A stretch of DNA of 64,000 nucleotides, taken from positions 114,948,001 to 115,012,000 of the forward strand of contig OX597816.1 of NCBI GenBank assembly GCA_951406725.2, written 5' to 3'. The stretch's first letter is position 1. The number at the start of each line of letters is the position of its first letter. The position numbers and the translations under genes are program-made. Positions 40,103 to 53,402 of the stretch are shown here, in pieces. The DNA comes from Octopus vulgaris (lineage: Eukaryota). The notes below the pieces were generated by a model. The model saw only the letters and a program-made list of their open reading frames with translations, was not told where the DNA came from and did not search any database.

Positions 40103-42035
40103 ATCCCCTTCGGTCATGAATGATCATAGGATTACACCTAGAAAGTTACACTCTGAGGCACCAGTGACGTTGCAACTCATTTCTACAGCTGAGTCAACTG
40201 GAGCAATGTGAAATAAACTGTCTTGTTCAAGAACACAACACACAGCCCGGTCTGGGATTTGAACTCACAACCTCATGGCGGTAAGCTTGACACTCTAACC
40301 ACTGAGTCATGCACCTTCACAAATCATTGCAAATATAAAAAAAAACAAAAACTAGTTCATCAAATCATCTGGACATCATGGTTGCACTAACGATTCAACT
40401 CTAGAGTTATATAATTATCATAGTCTAGCACATACTGTAAGTAACCCTTTCAACCATAGGCACAAAGCCTGAAATTTGTGGGGAGGGGACTAGTCAATTT
40501 CATCAACCCAGGTACTTAATTTATCAACCTTGAAAAGATGAAAGGCAAAGTTGACCTCACAGGAATTTGAACTTAGAACATGAAGATGGATGAAACATTG
40601 CAAAGCATTTTGCCCAGCATGCTAACGAATCTGCCATCTTACTGCCCTCAGCATACTGTAAATAATAACATTGCTGTTCACAAATTTACAATGTCTGATC
40701 ATTGACTGACAGCATATTAATGGTAAACATTACCAGAAAGTGTTTGAAGAGCTCTAGGTTTTCGCGAATAATTTTCATTCTTTTTTTTTTTTTTTTTTTT
40801 TACTTATTTCAGTTATTTGACTGTGGCCATGGTGGAGCACTGCTTTTTAGTCGAAGAAATCAAACTTGTTCTTTGTAAGCCTGGTGCTTATTTTATCAGT
40901 ATCTTCTGCTAAGTTATAGGGATGTAAACACACCAACATCAGTTGTCAAGCGATGGTGGCAGGGACGAACACAGACACAAACACACACACATAAATATAT
41001 ACAATGGGATTCTTTCATTTTTCATCCATGAAATCCTCTCACAAGGCTTTGTTTGGCCTGAGGTATAAGTAGAAGACATTTGCCAAAGGTGCCATGCAGC
41101 AGGACTGAACCCAGAACCATGTGGTTGGGAAGCAAGCTTCTTACCACCCAGCCACACTTATTCATTAATTATTTATTATAATATAAATTATGTAGATTTT
41201 TGAATTTGTTTGGCTAGAATTTTGATCTGAAACCATTTGTAGGCACAGGTCTGGCTGTGTGGTAAGAAGTTTGCTTTCCGGTGACATGGCTCTGGGTTCA
41301 GTTCCACCGTATGACATCTTTGGTAAGTGTTTTCTACAATAGCCATGGACTGACCAAAGCCTTGTGTGTGAATTTGGTAGACAGAAACTGTAAGATCCTG
41401 CCATGTATATAAATGCTGTACTCAAGAAGAGCCGTACTCTGCAGCAGAAATGTTATGACTGGTTCTTCTGGTGGTGTAAAGCACTCATGATGGTGCCATG
41501 TAAAAGCCCCCATGTGGTGCCATTTTAAAACGCTTGTGTGGTGTCACATAAAAGTGCCTGTGTGGTTCCACATAAAAGCATCTGTGCAGTGCTACATAAA
41601 AACACCCATGTGCTGCCTTATGTAAAAGCACCCATGTGGTTCCATGTAAAAGCACTCAGCCACTTTGTGAAGTGGTTGGCTTTAGGAAGGGTATCCCACT
41701 GTAGAGACCATGCCAAATCACACTGGAATCTCGTGAAGCTCCCCAGCTTGCCAGCTCTGATCAAACCAGCCAACCTATGCCAGCATGAACAACTTGTGTT
41801 AAATGATAATGATGATATGTGTCATTGTGTATGTTTGTCTCCCCACCATCACTGCTTGACAATGCTAGTTTGTTTACATCCCTGTAACTTAGTGATTCAG
41901 CAAAAGAAACTAATTGAATAAGTACCAGACTTTAAAAAAAAAACTATTTGGGTTGAATCATTTAACTAAAATTTTTATTAGGTGGTGCTCCAGCATGGCC
42001 ACAGTCTAATGGCTGAAACAAGTAAAAGATAAAAG
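40103..42035. mobile_element. SINE cluster: C(-) 40103-40318, A(-) 40445-40650, B(-) 40790-41157, B(+) 41240-42035 interrupted by a Family D-like copy at 41415-41815
   Basis: Family motifs; CATACTGTAA TSD around the A copy; ~21-bp VNTR in the D-like copy. Confidence 0.75.
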
Positions 42036-42178
42036 GTATGTTGAAACCAATATTTAGGAAGGGTATAAACAAATGCACTGCTTCTTGTAAAATCAGAGTT
42101 TTCTGCTTAATAATACTTGGAATGGTACATGAATTTATAAGTAAAATATTTAAAAAAATAAAGCAAGACTTTTAAACA

Positions 42179-42625
42179 TTAACCCTTTAAAATTCGGATT
42201 ACTTTGTCAAATATAATCCTTTCTACTATAGGCAAAATGCCTGAAATTTAGGGGATTAGTTAGTCGATTACATTGACCTCAGTACTCAACTGATGCTTAA
42301 TTTATCGACTCCAAAAGGACGAAAGGCAGAGTCGACCTTGGCAGAAGATGTAGCAATGGTCAAAATATGGCTAAGCATTTCGCCCAGCATGCTAATGATT
42401 CTGCCAGCTTGCAGCCTTTACTCTGTCAAATATAATACTTATTTATACACTTCGTTTTGAATTAATCATGCATTATCTTGAAGCTTTGAGATTTTAATGA
42501 TGGGATTGATTATTTTTAGAATGACATTGTTGGGTAGATGTGACAGATCAGATATGGAAGGCTTGATCATAATGCAAGTAGAATATCTGGGCCAGATATA
42601 GCTGGTTTAAATGTTAAGGGGTTAA
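42179..42625. mobile_element. TTAA (piggyBac-like) MITE with a nested Family A SINE (42218-42418)
   Basis: TTAA|CCCTTTA...TAAGGGG|TTAA; 19-bp TSD TTACTYTGTCAAATATAAT around the SINE. Confidence 0.8.
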
Positions 42626-42705
42626 GCTAAAACAGTTCAGTATCAACTTTACAATATCACTTTCAGTTTTCTCCAATGATATCAGTTACTAGTGAATACA
42701 ATCAT

Positions 42706-42933
42706 TTAACCTTTTCGATACCAACCCGGCTGAAACCGGCTCTGGCTCTGAGTATAAATGTCTTGTTTTCATAAGTTTTGAATTAAAATCTTCCACCAAA
42801 CCTTAGTTACAATTTATGTTCCTAACACTAGCTGAATGATAACTAAGTTATTTTACTAAATTCTTTGTCATATTTAAAGTAATTGAAAGAAACACAGAGC
42901 ATCTCGAAATAAATACAGTAATGAAAGGATTAA
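42706..42933. mobile_element. TTAA MITE family 2 (also 50598-50813, truncated 54805-55019, degenerate 12593-12780)
   Basis: TTAA TSD, CCCTTTYG-like TIRs, shared internal sequence. Confidence 0.8.
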
Positions 42934-43491
42934 AATGTTTGCAGCAAAAAGGGTTGAGAAAATTTCTGTCACAAACAGGGACCAAAAATATTGGTTTAAT
43001 AGGGCTTACATAGTCTTTATTAGATGCAATTATGTTGCAGGAGAGTACACCTACTCCTTTTAGGACCCTCAGATGTTTTGGCAAGCTATTATTATATTGC
43101 TATGGGCCCTTGAACCCCAAGCTATTGCAGTACCTGATCCTCACACAAGATGGAATTGTTGGGATATTTGGAACAGTGCAGTGACGTCCAGTTCGGAGTC
43201 TGGTATAACTTTCAGTATCAAAGTTTCATGCCACCCCTTCTAGGATCTTCCATATGTTTATCCTTGCATATATCTCCCAACATCCCAACTGTATATATAC
43301 ACACATACATACACACTAGTGTGAGCACACTATTTTGAAGATATTTCACTAAATTTATGTTGGACAATATATCTCATGCACAACGAAACCCATCATTTTT
43401 TATGTGTACTACACTAGTGTATATATAATAACTATATGAACATATAGATATACATACATACAAACATACACACACATATATATATACATAT

Positions 43492-43532
<41 letters not shown>

Positions 43533-44070
43533 CACACGCATATTTTTCTCTCTACATATGTGTGTGTGTGTATCCCCTAATGCAAGAAGAACTGCAATAT
43601 TTTTCCCATAGAACAGAGTTTGATAAAAGACGAAGACACAAAAAGGAAACTAAAATAAAACCAGATATATTTTAATCAATGACAAAACAAAAGAATAAAA
43701 AGAAAAAGCAATATGTGAAGGACAATAAAAAATACAAAATATGAAAACAAAAAAACAAGCAAAAAGGGAAAACAAAATTGATATTTAAAATAAGAAATAT
43801 AGAACACATAGGTGTTTGTTTCATAAAAATTCTTGTCAATAAGATAGATTTCTTGGTTGTCATAAACATTGAAGATATATATTTCGAAAGACAGGTGGAA
43901 TCTTAATGTTTTGTTGCTATTATTTTTAATTATATGTATGTATAAGTATATATATGTAAGGTGTGTATGTATATTCATACATATACACACACACACATTT
44001 ATATGTATGTAATTATACTCGTATGCATATATGTATATGTGTGTATATATGTATATACCCATACACACAC

Positions 44071-44101
<31 letters not shown>

Positions 44102-44439
44102 CCTATATATAAGTATTTATATAGATATATATGTATATATCTATATATATATGTGTTTATAGATACATATAAATATATATATACACACATACATACATAC
44201 ATACATACATACATACATACATACATACATACATACATACATACATACACATATATACCTACACACACACACACGTATATATATATACACACATATGTAT
44301 ATTTGTGTGCACATGTATGTGTAGGCAGAAAGGAGTAAGAGAGAGAGATAGAAAGAGAGGGAGAAAGACGTATATATATATGTTTATATTCCCTGTTGCC
44401 AAATTAATGTTAAGACCATCACTTTTAGATAACTTTTCT

Positions 44440-44606
44440 TCATAGATTGTTCTGGATGGAGAATATGGTAGTGGTGTTGATAGTGCTACTGTTGTTGTTG
44501 TTGTTGGTAGTGGTGGTATGGTGGTGGCGGTGGTAGTGGTGATTGTTGTCATGGTGGGATTTGAAACATTGCTGCCTGTCACAATAAATTCCACGTTTGT
44601 AAGAGT
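44440..44606 (-). CDS. Candidate terminal exon (D)SYKRGIYCDRQQCFKSHH...IQNNL*
   Basis: TTCTTCTTTCTTTTGAAG acceptor; open phase-1 frame to TGA; U-rich unique sequence downstream. Confidence 0.35.
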
Positions 44607-44832
44607 CTTCAAAAGAAAGAAGAACTCTCCTGGTACTTTACATAGCTAAGTTTCAGTCAAATATGTCTTACAATCTGACAACAGTAGTTGCATAGTGTAA
44701 AGTTAAATGAGCTGTCAATAGATTGCGACACACACACACACATACATGCATATATACGCATACCCACACCCCCAACCCACAACCACCCAACACACGCATA
44801 GATACATAGATACCATACATGTCTCCCTATCA

Positions 44833-44864
<32 letters not shown>

Positions 44865-45031
44865 CTCTCTCTATATATATATATGTGTGTGTGTGTGTTT
44901 ATATATAATATATGTATGCGTATATATATATATATATATATATATACAGATATATATATATTATATATATATAAAATATATTTATATATGTATATATATC
45001 TCTACATTCATACCAAAGTATACATTCCTTC

Positions 45032-45067
<36 letters not shown>

Positions 45068-45484
45068 AGTATATATGTGTTTTATTAATATACACATACA
45101 CATGCACATGCACATAGACTATACCAAACATGCATACATACGACTATATCAGTATCTACACTCTAGTATAAGAGATGAACAGTTTTGTAAGTGCTGTTTT
45201 GACTGTTGTATATCCTAAGGAAAGTGTAAGGATTCCGTCAGTCCATATCCTTTTTCACTAATAAATTTCTTACTTAAGAATACAAAGCCACATTTTGAGA
45301 GAGGGAGGAATCAATCAATATTGATGATAGTGCTTTATCCAAGGATCAAGTAAAGAGAAACCTGTAACCATACTCAAGTTGACCTTTTTGCAGTTATCTG
45401 GTTGTAGGTTGTATCCCACCAGGCAGCAGTTTGGAAAAACATATATTATTGTATTATAGGCTTTATTTGGGCTGACCTTGTGAG

Positions 45485-45820
45485 TGGTACATGACTTAAT
45501 GGTTAAAGTGTCAGCCTCCCAATCTCAAGGTAATGAGTTTGATTCATGGAGGGCAGTGTATTGTGTTCTTGAGCAAGACTCTTTATTTCATGTTGCTCCA
45601 GGTCTCTCAACTGTAGAAATGAGTTGCGACATCACTGGTGCCTAGCTATATCGGCCTTCGTTTTCCCTTGAATAACATCGGTGGCATGGAGAGAGGAGAC
45701 TGGTATGTATGGACAACTGCTGGTCTTCCATAAACAATGTTGCCTGGTCTTATCTCTCGGAGAGGAGCTTTCTAGGTGCAATCCCATGGTCATTCCTGAC
45801 CGAAGAGGGTCTCTTTTTAC
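45485..45820 (+). mobile_element. Family C SINE
   Basis: Family motifs. Confidence 0.75.
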
Positions 45821-45998
45821 AGTTGTATATATATATATATCGTTTTTGTATTTGAATGGACAGAGTCAACAACTATTGAAATGGTTTCAGGACACAACAA
45901 AAATTATAGAAAAAAAAAAGCAAATGAGTGGAAATTAAACTGGTGAGTATGTTAAATAATAAGGCACTAAAAGAGAATGACACTTCCCCAACGCAATA

Positions 45999-46052
<54 letters not shown>

Positions 46053-46659
46053 ATAAATTCAGGTCAACGACACAGAGAACATGTTCTTAAAGCCGAGATT
46101 TTGATCTTAAGGAGACAATATTTACATATCACCTGAAGAAACACAACTACCATATTTTAATATGTATGAGGAACCCATTTTTGTCAAAAATTAGGTTTAA
46201 AAAAATATATTAGTTTCTTATACATGGATAGTATTATAATCCCTTACAAAACCTTTTTTCCAAATTTTAAGTCCCCAAAATTAGGGGGCTCCTTTTACAC
46301 GAGGGTTCCTAATACACATTAAAATATGGTAGAACCCATAATGCAGGGAAGCAGTTGCATAATCAAATACTTGCATGCCTAGAGAACTACATTGCATGGA
46401 AACAATTGTAGTGATTAAAAAATATATGTCTAACTGTACTCCTTGTTGAATCCAAATTTTGCAATTATATATATACATATATATATATATATATACAAAA
46501 GACGAAGACAGGTGGTGTAGACAACAAACATATGTATTAGTTTAATGCTCAAGAAGTGAAAAAGTCTTTAACGTTTTGAGCCTACGTTCTTCCACAGAAA
46601 GGAACAGAAAGAAACAAGGAGAGAAAATAAAGAATGTGTAGTGACTAGTGATCTATCAT

Positions 46660-46780
<121 letters not shown>

Positions 46781-47548
46781 ATATATATATCTATATATAT
46801 ATACACCACACCACCATCACTTTTTTGGTTGCATTTTTCCTGATATCACAGTAATTTTGTTCTTGGTTACAAGATTAGTTCAGGCAATATTAAGCTATTT
46901 GTTATATCAGTTTGATCTTCCGATGTCTTTTCCAGTATACATATCAATAGTTCTCTGTAAAATATCAGCCTGATGTACCATTACCTAACTGTTAGGTCTC
47001 TTCCAGGTGCCTTCTCATTATGCAGTTTGTCTAACTGCTATAATGAAAATTTCAAGGTCATTTCTGTAAGTTTTACTCTTGATGTTGGTTCAGTATTCTT
47101 TCTTAAATATATTTAACCATGATGCATTTAGGTTGAAATCTCTCTTCTCAGTCTAGATTTTCAGACTTGTAAGATTCAAGATCTTTTTGAGAGGCGATTC
47201 TCTTAATGGTAATGTTTTCCTTCCTCACAGTGCTTATAGAATGGAAGCAAACTGGTGATTTATACTGGCTTATTCAAAAAGTTTTCTACAGTAGTGAAGT
47301 TTTTTGTTCAGTATGTTGTGTTTGTGTTTTAGAGTAATTAGCTTTGTCTCAAGAGCTTTGAGTGAAAAGTTGCCATAGAGTTTTCTTAATTTTTGCATAA
47401 TTTGTAATTAGTCAGGATTGAACTCATTTTTCTCCTTACACTTCATTATTGTTTAACAATCCTATATGGCAGCACAGATTGTTGATGTTTCCTTTGAGTT
47501 TTGTTTTCCGTCTAGCTTACTTTTGCTTCGTAATATCCTGTGCATACT

Positions 47549-47920
47549 AAAGCAGTGAGCTGGCAGAAACATTAGCATGCCGGGTAAAATGCTTAGCCGT
47601 ATTTCATCTGCCATTACGTTCTGAGTTCAAATTCTGCCAAGGTCGACTTTGCCTTTCATCCTTTCGGGGTCAATAAATTAAGTACCAGTTATGCACTGAG
47701 ATTGATATCCGTTTGCCTGTCCTTGTTTGTCCTCTTGTGGGTAGTAAAGAAATAGGTATTTTGTCTGTGTTTATGTTTGAGTTTAAATTCTGCTGAGGTC
47801 GACTTTGCCTTTCATCCTTTCAGGGTCGATAAATTAAGTACCAGTTGCATACTGGAGTCAATCTAATCAACTGGTCCCCTCCCCAGAAATTTTAGGCCGT
47901 GTGCCTAGAGTAGAAAAGAA
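47549..47920 (+). mobile_element. Dimeric Family A SINE
   Basis: Two bodies; 17-bp degenerate TSD AATATCCTRYRYATACT. Confidence 0.8.
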
Positions 47921-48221
47921 TATCCTACGTATACTGCAGATTTCTCTGAAATGTTCTTTAAGACTGATAGCAGATGTGTACACAATAGTGTTAATTGTTC
48001 AGTAATTAACCTCACATGGTTCTATGTCTTCTCCAGCTACGTCATTGATAACTTTCAACATTAGAACAGTTAGATTTTTCTTTAATCTTGCTGAGAATGG
48101 CCTGTTTCTTGAGGATCATTTGGAAAAAGTAGAGAAGCTTTTTCTAGACTGTGGTTTCAAAATGTCCCTAAGCTGAATATATTCCTGTTGTCTCTGTCTC
48201 TGTTGAATCATCATTTACATA

Positions 48222-48524
48222 TACTCTTTTACTTGTTTCAGTCATTTGACTGTGGCCATGCCGGAGCATCGCCTTTAGTTGAGCAAAATCAATCTCAGGA
48301 CTTATTCTTTATAAGCCTAGTACTTATTCTATCGGCCTCTTATGTTAAACAGCTAAGTTACGGGGACGTAAACACACCAGCATCGGTTGTCAAGCAATGT
48401 TGGGGGGACAAACACACACACACACACACACATACATACATACATACATACATACATACATACATACATACATGCAAATAATATTACAAGAAATCCTAAA
48501 ATATCTTTATATCTATGATAATGA

Positions 48525-48555
<31 letters not shown>

Positions 48556-48718
48556 GACGGGCTTCTTTTGGTTTCCGTCTAACAAATCCACTCACAAGGT
48601 TTTGGTCGGCCCGAAGCTATAGTATAAGACACTTGCCCAAGGTGCCACACAATGGGACTGAACCTAGAACCATGTGGTTCATAAGCAAGCTACTTACCAC
48701 ACAGCCACACCTGTGCCT
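48222..48718 (-). mobile_element. Family B SINE
   Basis: Full copy with internal (TACA)n. Confidence 0.8.
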
Positions 48719-49414
48719 ATATGGAGATATATGATAATTTAGTGATAGTGGCAGTGATTTTGTCTGATTCTCAATGTTTTGAGAAGACCAATTAGCATCA
48801 CAAAAGCAAGCAGCTCTTTTCTTAAAAGAAAAAAAGCTTGTTGTTCAAGCTCTTTTACTGTAAAGATGTTTAAATTAGGGTGAGCTTTATCCCAGTATTA
48901 TATTAACTGCTTATTGGGGGGGGGGGGTCAATAAATTTAGTGCCAGTGAAACACTGGGGGTCGATGTAATCAACTATCCCCTCCCCCAAAATTTCAGGCC
49001 TTATGCCTTTAGTAAAAAGGATTATTTTAACTGCCTTATATTACTGTTTGGTCTGTTTTCACTGCAAAAAAGTATATCTTGGTTTAAATGTAAAGTCCAA
49101 GTAAAATGAGAAAAGTACTTACATTATATTAAATAGCTTATTAGTGTTGTAATACTGTTTGCATTGGTGCTGTTATCAGCCATTTTCATACTAGTGGAAT
49201 TCCATATGATGTAAGATATATTTTTTAGTCTGATCTGAGTAATGCTCACAAAAGGTGCTAAAAGGTGTTTCTTGGAAGAAATAAACTAGTTGCTGATTTA
49301 AGCTGGAGAAGCCAGCCTAATTGTTAGAAAAAATGCTCAAAATGGCATTTTAAACTGTATTCTATGCCTACATGTCTTACATTGAGGATGCCATCATTTT
49401 TTTTTATGTATGTA

Positions 49415-49530
49415 TGTATGTCATTATTCAGTTTTATTTGAAGATTTTCGCTAATAGAGAAAGAGCTGGTTTCTAACCTAGATCCAGGTCTCCTTCATTG
49501 GAATTTCAACATCAACAACAGGGTACTTTT
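49415..49530 (-). mobile_element. 3' terminal segment of a (TACA)n-associated LINE (second copy 59015-59130)
   Basis: Shared ...TAGGTTAGAAACCAGCTCTTTCTCTATT...AATAAA...TGAATA; (TACA)n on both sides of this copy. Confidence 0.65.
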
Positions 49531-49761
49531 GTATGTATGTATGTATGTATGTATGTATGTATGTATGTATGAATGTATGTATGTATGTATGTATGTATGT
49601 ATGTATGTATGAATGTATGTATGCATGCATGTATGTATGTATGCATGTATGTATGTATATATGTATGTATATATGTATGTATGTATGTGCATATGTGAAT
49701 GTTTTATGTATGTATTCTCATGCATATAGCTGCATATCTAGACATGCTCTATGTATGTATG

Positions 49762-49795
<34 letters not shown>

Positions 49796-50290
49796 TGTAT
49801 GTATGTATGTATGTATGTATGTATGTATGTATGTATGTATGTACATGTGTTTGCATGTTTGTGGATGTATGTACATGTGTGTATGTATGTGTATACATTC
49901 ATTCATGCATGCATGTATCTGTGTATACACGCATTCGTGCATGTATGCATGTATGCTTGCATGCATATATCTTTTAATGAATCTGTGCTTTTGAGCAAAA
50001 GTATTTCATGGCATTTTGTTCCATCTTTGTTGCACAGGCGTATCTTTGGCCCTGTTGCCATCATAAATGCCATTTAACCCATGATTGGTCCATTGCAAAC
50101 TTGTAACCAATGAGGCAGTAGTTCACAAATTAGAAAATGAAAATAAAACATTTAAAGTTATGATTTGACATCTAAATTCTTACATCCTCTTTTGGGAGAT
50201 TAAGCGAAAGACTTTATTAACCAAAACTATAGAGGTTTGTGAGGAGTGAGTCATGTCAATTAGCACTGGATAATGATAGCTATATCAATC

Positions 50291-50356
<66 letters not shown>

Positions 50357-50453
50357 TAGACAGACAGATAAATAGATAAATAAATAGAGCGATAGACAGA
50401 TAGACAAATATAAATAGGCAAATAGTTAGATAGGCAGACAAACAGGCGGACAA

Positions 50454-50536
<83 letters not shown>

Positions 50537-50870
50537 TGGAGAGAGAGAGAGAGAAGGAGAGGAGAAACAAGACTACACAAGCACTCTCTAGTCACAATTA
50601 ACCCTTTTGTTACCATATTCCTGTTGAGATGTTGTGTTTCTTTTAATTAATTTTAAATATAACAAAGAATTTAGTAAAATAACTTAGTTATCATTAAGCT
50701 AGTGTTGGGAACATAAATTGTGACTAAGATTTTAATTCAGAACTATTGAAAACAAGACATTTGTACTACAGAGTCGGAGGTGGTTTCAGCTGGGTTGGTA
50801 TCGAAAGAGTTAAACACTATGAGAGAAAGAGAATTTAGTGACTTGCAAAACCATGCAGGTAACTGTCAAC

Positions 50871-50934
50871 CTGGGAGTAAACAGTCTGATAGTGAGGAGC
50901 AAGACTGAGCCAAACCAAGCAACACTCGTAAATA
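50871..50934 (-). CDS. Candidate exon (phase 0: YLRVLLGLAQSCSSLSDCLLP), unknown gene
   Basis: Very strong T10-CCTTTTGCATCTCTTCTACAG acceptor; weak CAG|GTTGAC donor with immediate in-frame stop on read-through; frame is ambiguous. Confidence 0.35.
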
Positions 50935-50994
50935 CTGTAGAAGAGATGCAAAAGGAAAAAAAAAACGTGAGCAAAAATTTAACTAAGCACTCTT

Positions 50995-51630
50995 GAGGGA
51001 GAGAGATGTGGAAAGAGGGAAGGGAGTGGAGAGGGAAGAGAGAGAAAGAGAGAGATGAAAAGAGAGAGGAGGAAAGGAGGAGGAAGAATGTGAGGGAGGG
51101 GATGGAGGGGGAGAGAAAAAGATGAAAATAGAGGGAGATGGAGAGAGAGTGAGAAGGAAAGATGAAAGAGAAAAAAGAGAGAGAAAAATGGAAAGAGAGA
51201 GAAGGGAGGGGAGAAAGGAGAAAGAAAGAGAAAGAGAGATGAAAAGAGGGAGGGGAGAGGAGGAGGAAGAAAGTGAGGGAGGGAGGGAAAGAGAGGGAGA
51301 AAGTGTAAGAGAAAGGGAGAGAGAGGGAGGAAAGAGTAGGATGAAAATAGAGAGAGAGGGAGAGAGAGAAAGAGAGAAGAAAATAGAACAGAAGAGAAAG
51401 AAGAAAAGAGAAAGAAAAGAGAAAAAGGGAGAGATAGAAGGGAGGGGAAAGAGGAGAGAGAAAGAGAGAGATGAAAGTGAGAGGGGAGAGGAGGGAGAAG
51501 AGGAGAACGAAAGAGAGGGTGGAGAGGGAGTGGGAGAGAGAGAAGAAAAGAGAAAAGAAGAGAAAGAAGAAAAGATGAAGAAGAAAAGAGACAAGAAGTA
51601 GAGAGAGAGAGAAAGAAAATGAGAGAAGTG
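50995..51630. repeat. ~630-bp polypurine (GA-rich) tract
   Basis: Direct reading. Confidence 0.95.
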
Positions 51631-52082
51631 GTGATGGATATAGAAACTTTGGCCCAATTAAAAAGGTGATGAATGAGATAAAGAAACACATAGAGACAAG
51701 AAGTTTGCATCATCCAACTGTAAAGGTGTTCTCTTCAATAAACATAGTGTATCTCTGGGTAACACTCTTCTTTTAGTTTAGACTATTGTGTCTAATGTTT
51801 GGCTCATGGCCAATAATTCTGAGGGGCGGGACAAGTAGGTTACATCAACTCCTGGTGCTTGTTTTATTGACCCCTTGAAGGAATAAAGAGCAAAGTCAAG
51901 TGTTAGTAGAATTTGAACTCAAAACCTTTAGAGTTGGAAGAAATGCTACTCAGCATTCTGTGTAACATCCTAATGATTCTGTCAGATCACCTGTTACCTT
52001 TTTATTGAGATTATTGCCACCTATTAACAGAATGTGTGTGTGTGTGTGTATTAAATGAAGAAATGGTGTCAAGTTAAGATTA

Positions 52083-52520
52083 TAGGTGCAGGAGTGGCTG
52101 TGTGGTAAGTAGCTTCCTTACCAACCATATGGTTCTGGGTTCAATCCCACTGCGTGACACCTTGGGCAAGTGTCTTCTAATATAGCCTCAGGCTGACCAA
52201 AGCCTTGTGAGTGGATTTGGTAGATGGAAACTGAAAGCAGCCTGTCGTATATATGTATGTATATGTTTCTGTGTTTGTGTTTGTCCCCCCACCGATGCTG
52301 GTGTGTTTACATCCCCGTCACTTAGCAGTTTGGTGAGAGAGACCAGTAGAATAAGTATTAGGCTTACAAAGAATAAGTCCTGGGCATCTAGCTGTAGAAA
52401 CACTGCCAGATCAGACTGGAGCCTGGTGCAGCCTCCTGGCTTCCCAGACCCTAGTTGAACAGTCCAACCCATACTAGCATGGAAAATGGACGTTAAACGA
52501 TGATGATGATAATGATGATG
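52083..52520 (+). mobile_element. Chimeric SINE: Family B 5' part fused to a Family D tail
   Basis: Junction AATAAGTCCTGGG|CATCTAGCTGTAG at ~52384. Confidence 0.7.
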
Positions 52521-53402
52521 AAAGTAGTGGCAGACGAAATATTGCTAAGCATTTTGCCCAGTGTGCTAACAATTCTGAATAATAACAACAACAACAACAA
52601 CAATATTGATAAAGAAAAAATTAAAAAGTTATAAATCTCCTAAAAATAAATAAACTAAAAGAAAAGATGTAAATAATATAAATGAAAATATATCTAAAAT
52701 AAAATAAAATTATGAAAAACAGAAAAAAAGCAAAAATTAAGTCTATAATTTTCTTGATTATTTACATTCATAATTTTTACAGGTTGATAATTTTATAAAT
52801 AAATAATTTTTATTAGCATTTTCTGTGTGAGCTGATGTGAGTGCACATATGTATGCATGTGTGTGCATGAGTGTATTTGTTTGAGTGGCTGGTTAAAAAG
52901 AAGAGTTCATATAAATACATATGTATATATATATACACACACTATTTCAACTTCTGGTGGAATAGACAATTGAAATAGAGAGAGAAGGGCTTCTTTACTC
53001 ATTAAAAAACATCCAAACACCATCAAGGAAGGTTTATTTAACATGTTTTGCTGAAAAGACAGATTGTGTGATTGAGCATGTAAGCTGTAAAGCCTACTTC
53101 TCCAACTACCCACCTGCTAGCATATCTAGAAATAAGTTTAGCTTCAGGACACAAAAATGCTCCCTGCCTGCCCAAAGAAAGATTTGGGGAATTCTGAAGC
53201 TGATTTGATAAATAACATCAAAAAAAAATTCCAGCATTGTTCTAGCACCTTTCTAATTTCTTAAAAAATGTCCATGATACACTTCAAACCAATGTACACA
53301 CTCTTGACAACAAAACAAAAGACACACACAAACAAACACCATCATGCATGAAAGACCTCATACTAACACCATCATCCATGAAGCTAATACTTCAACATTT
53401 TA

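Larger units (their letters stand above)
46830..49400 (-). pseudogene. Degraded 5' half of an R4/Dong-like LINE ORF, split by three SINEs
   Basis: Fragments NRPFSARL...TINTIVYTSAISLKEH and DKLHNEKAPGRDLTVR*WYIRL (pre-RT 'KAPGxD..W' motif); many stops. Confidence 0.6.

Noticed and set aside
50810-51713. 224-293 aa Leu/Ser/Phe-rich ORFs as membrane proteins
   Set aside because: Stop-free by composition of the GA-rich tract.
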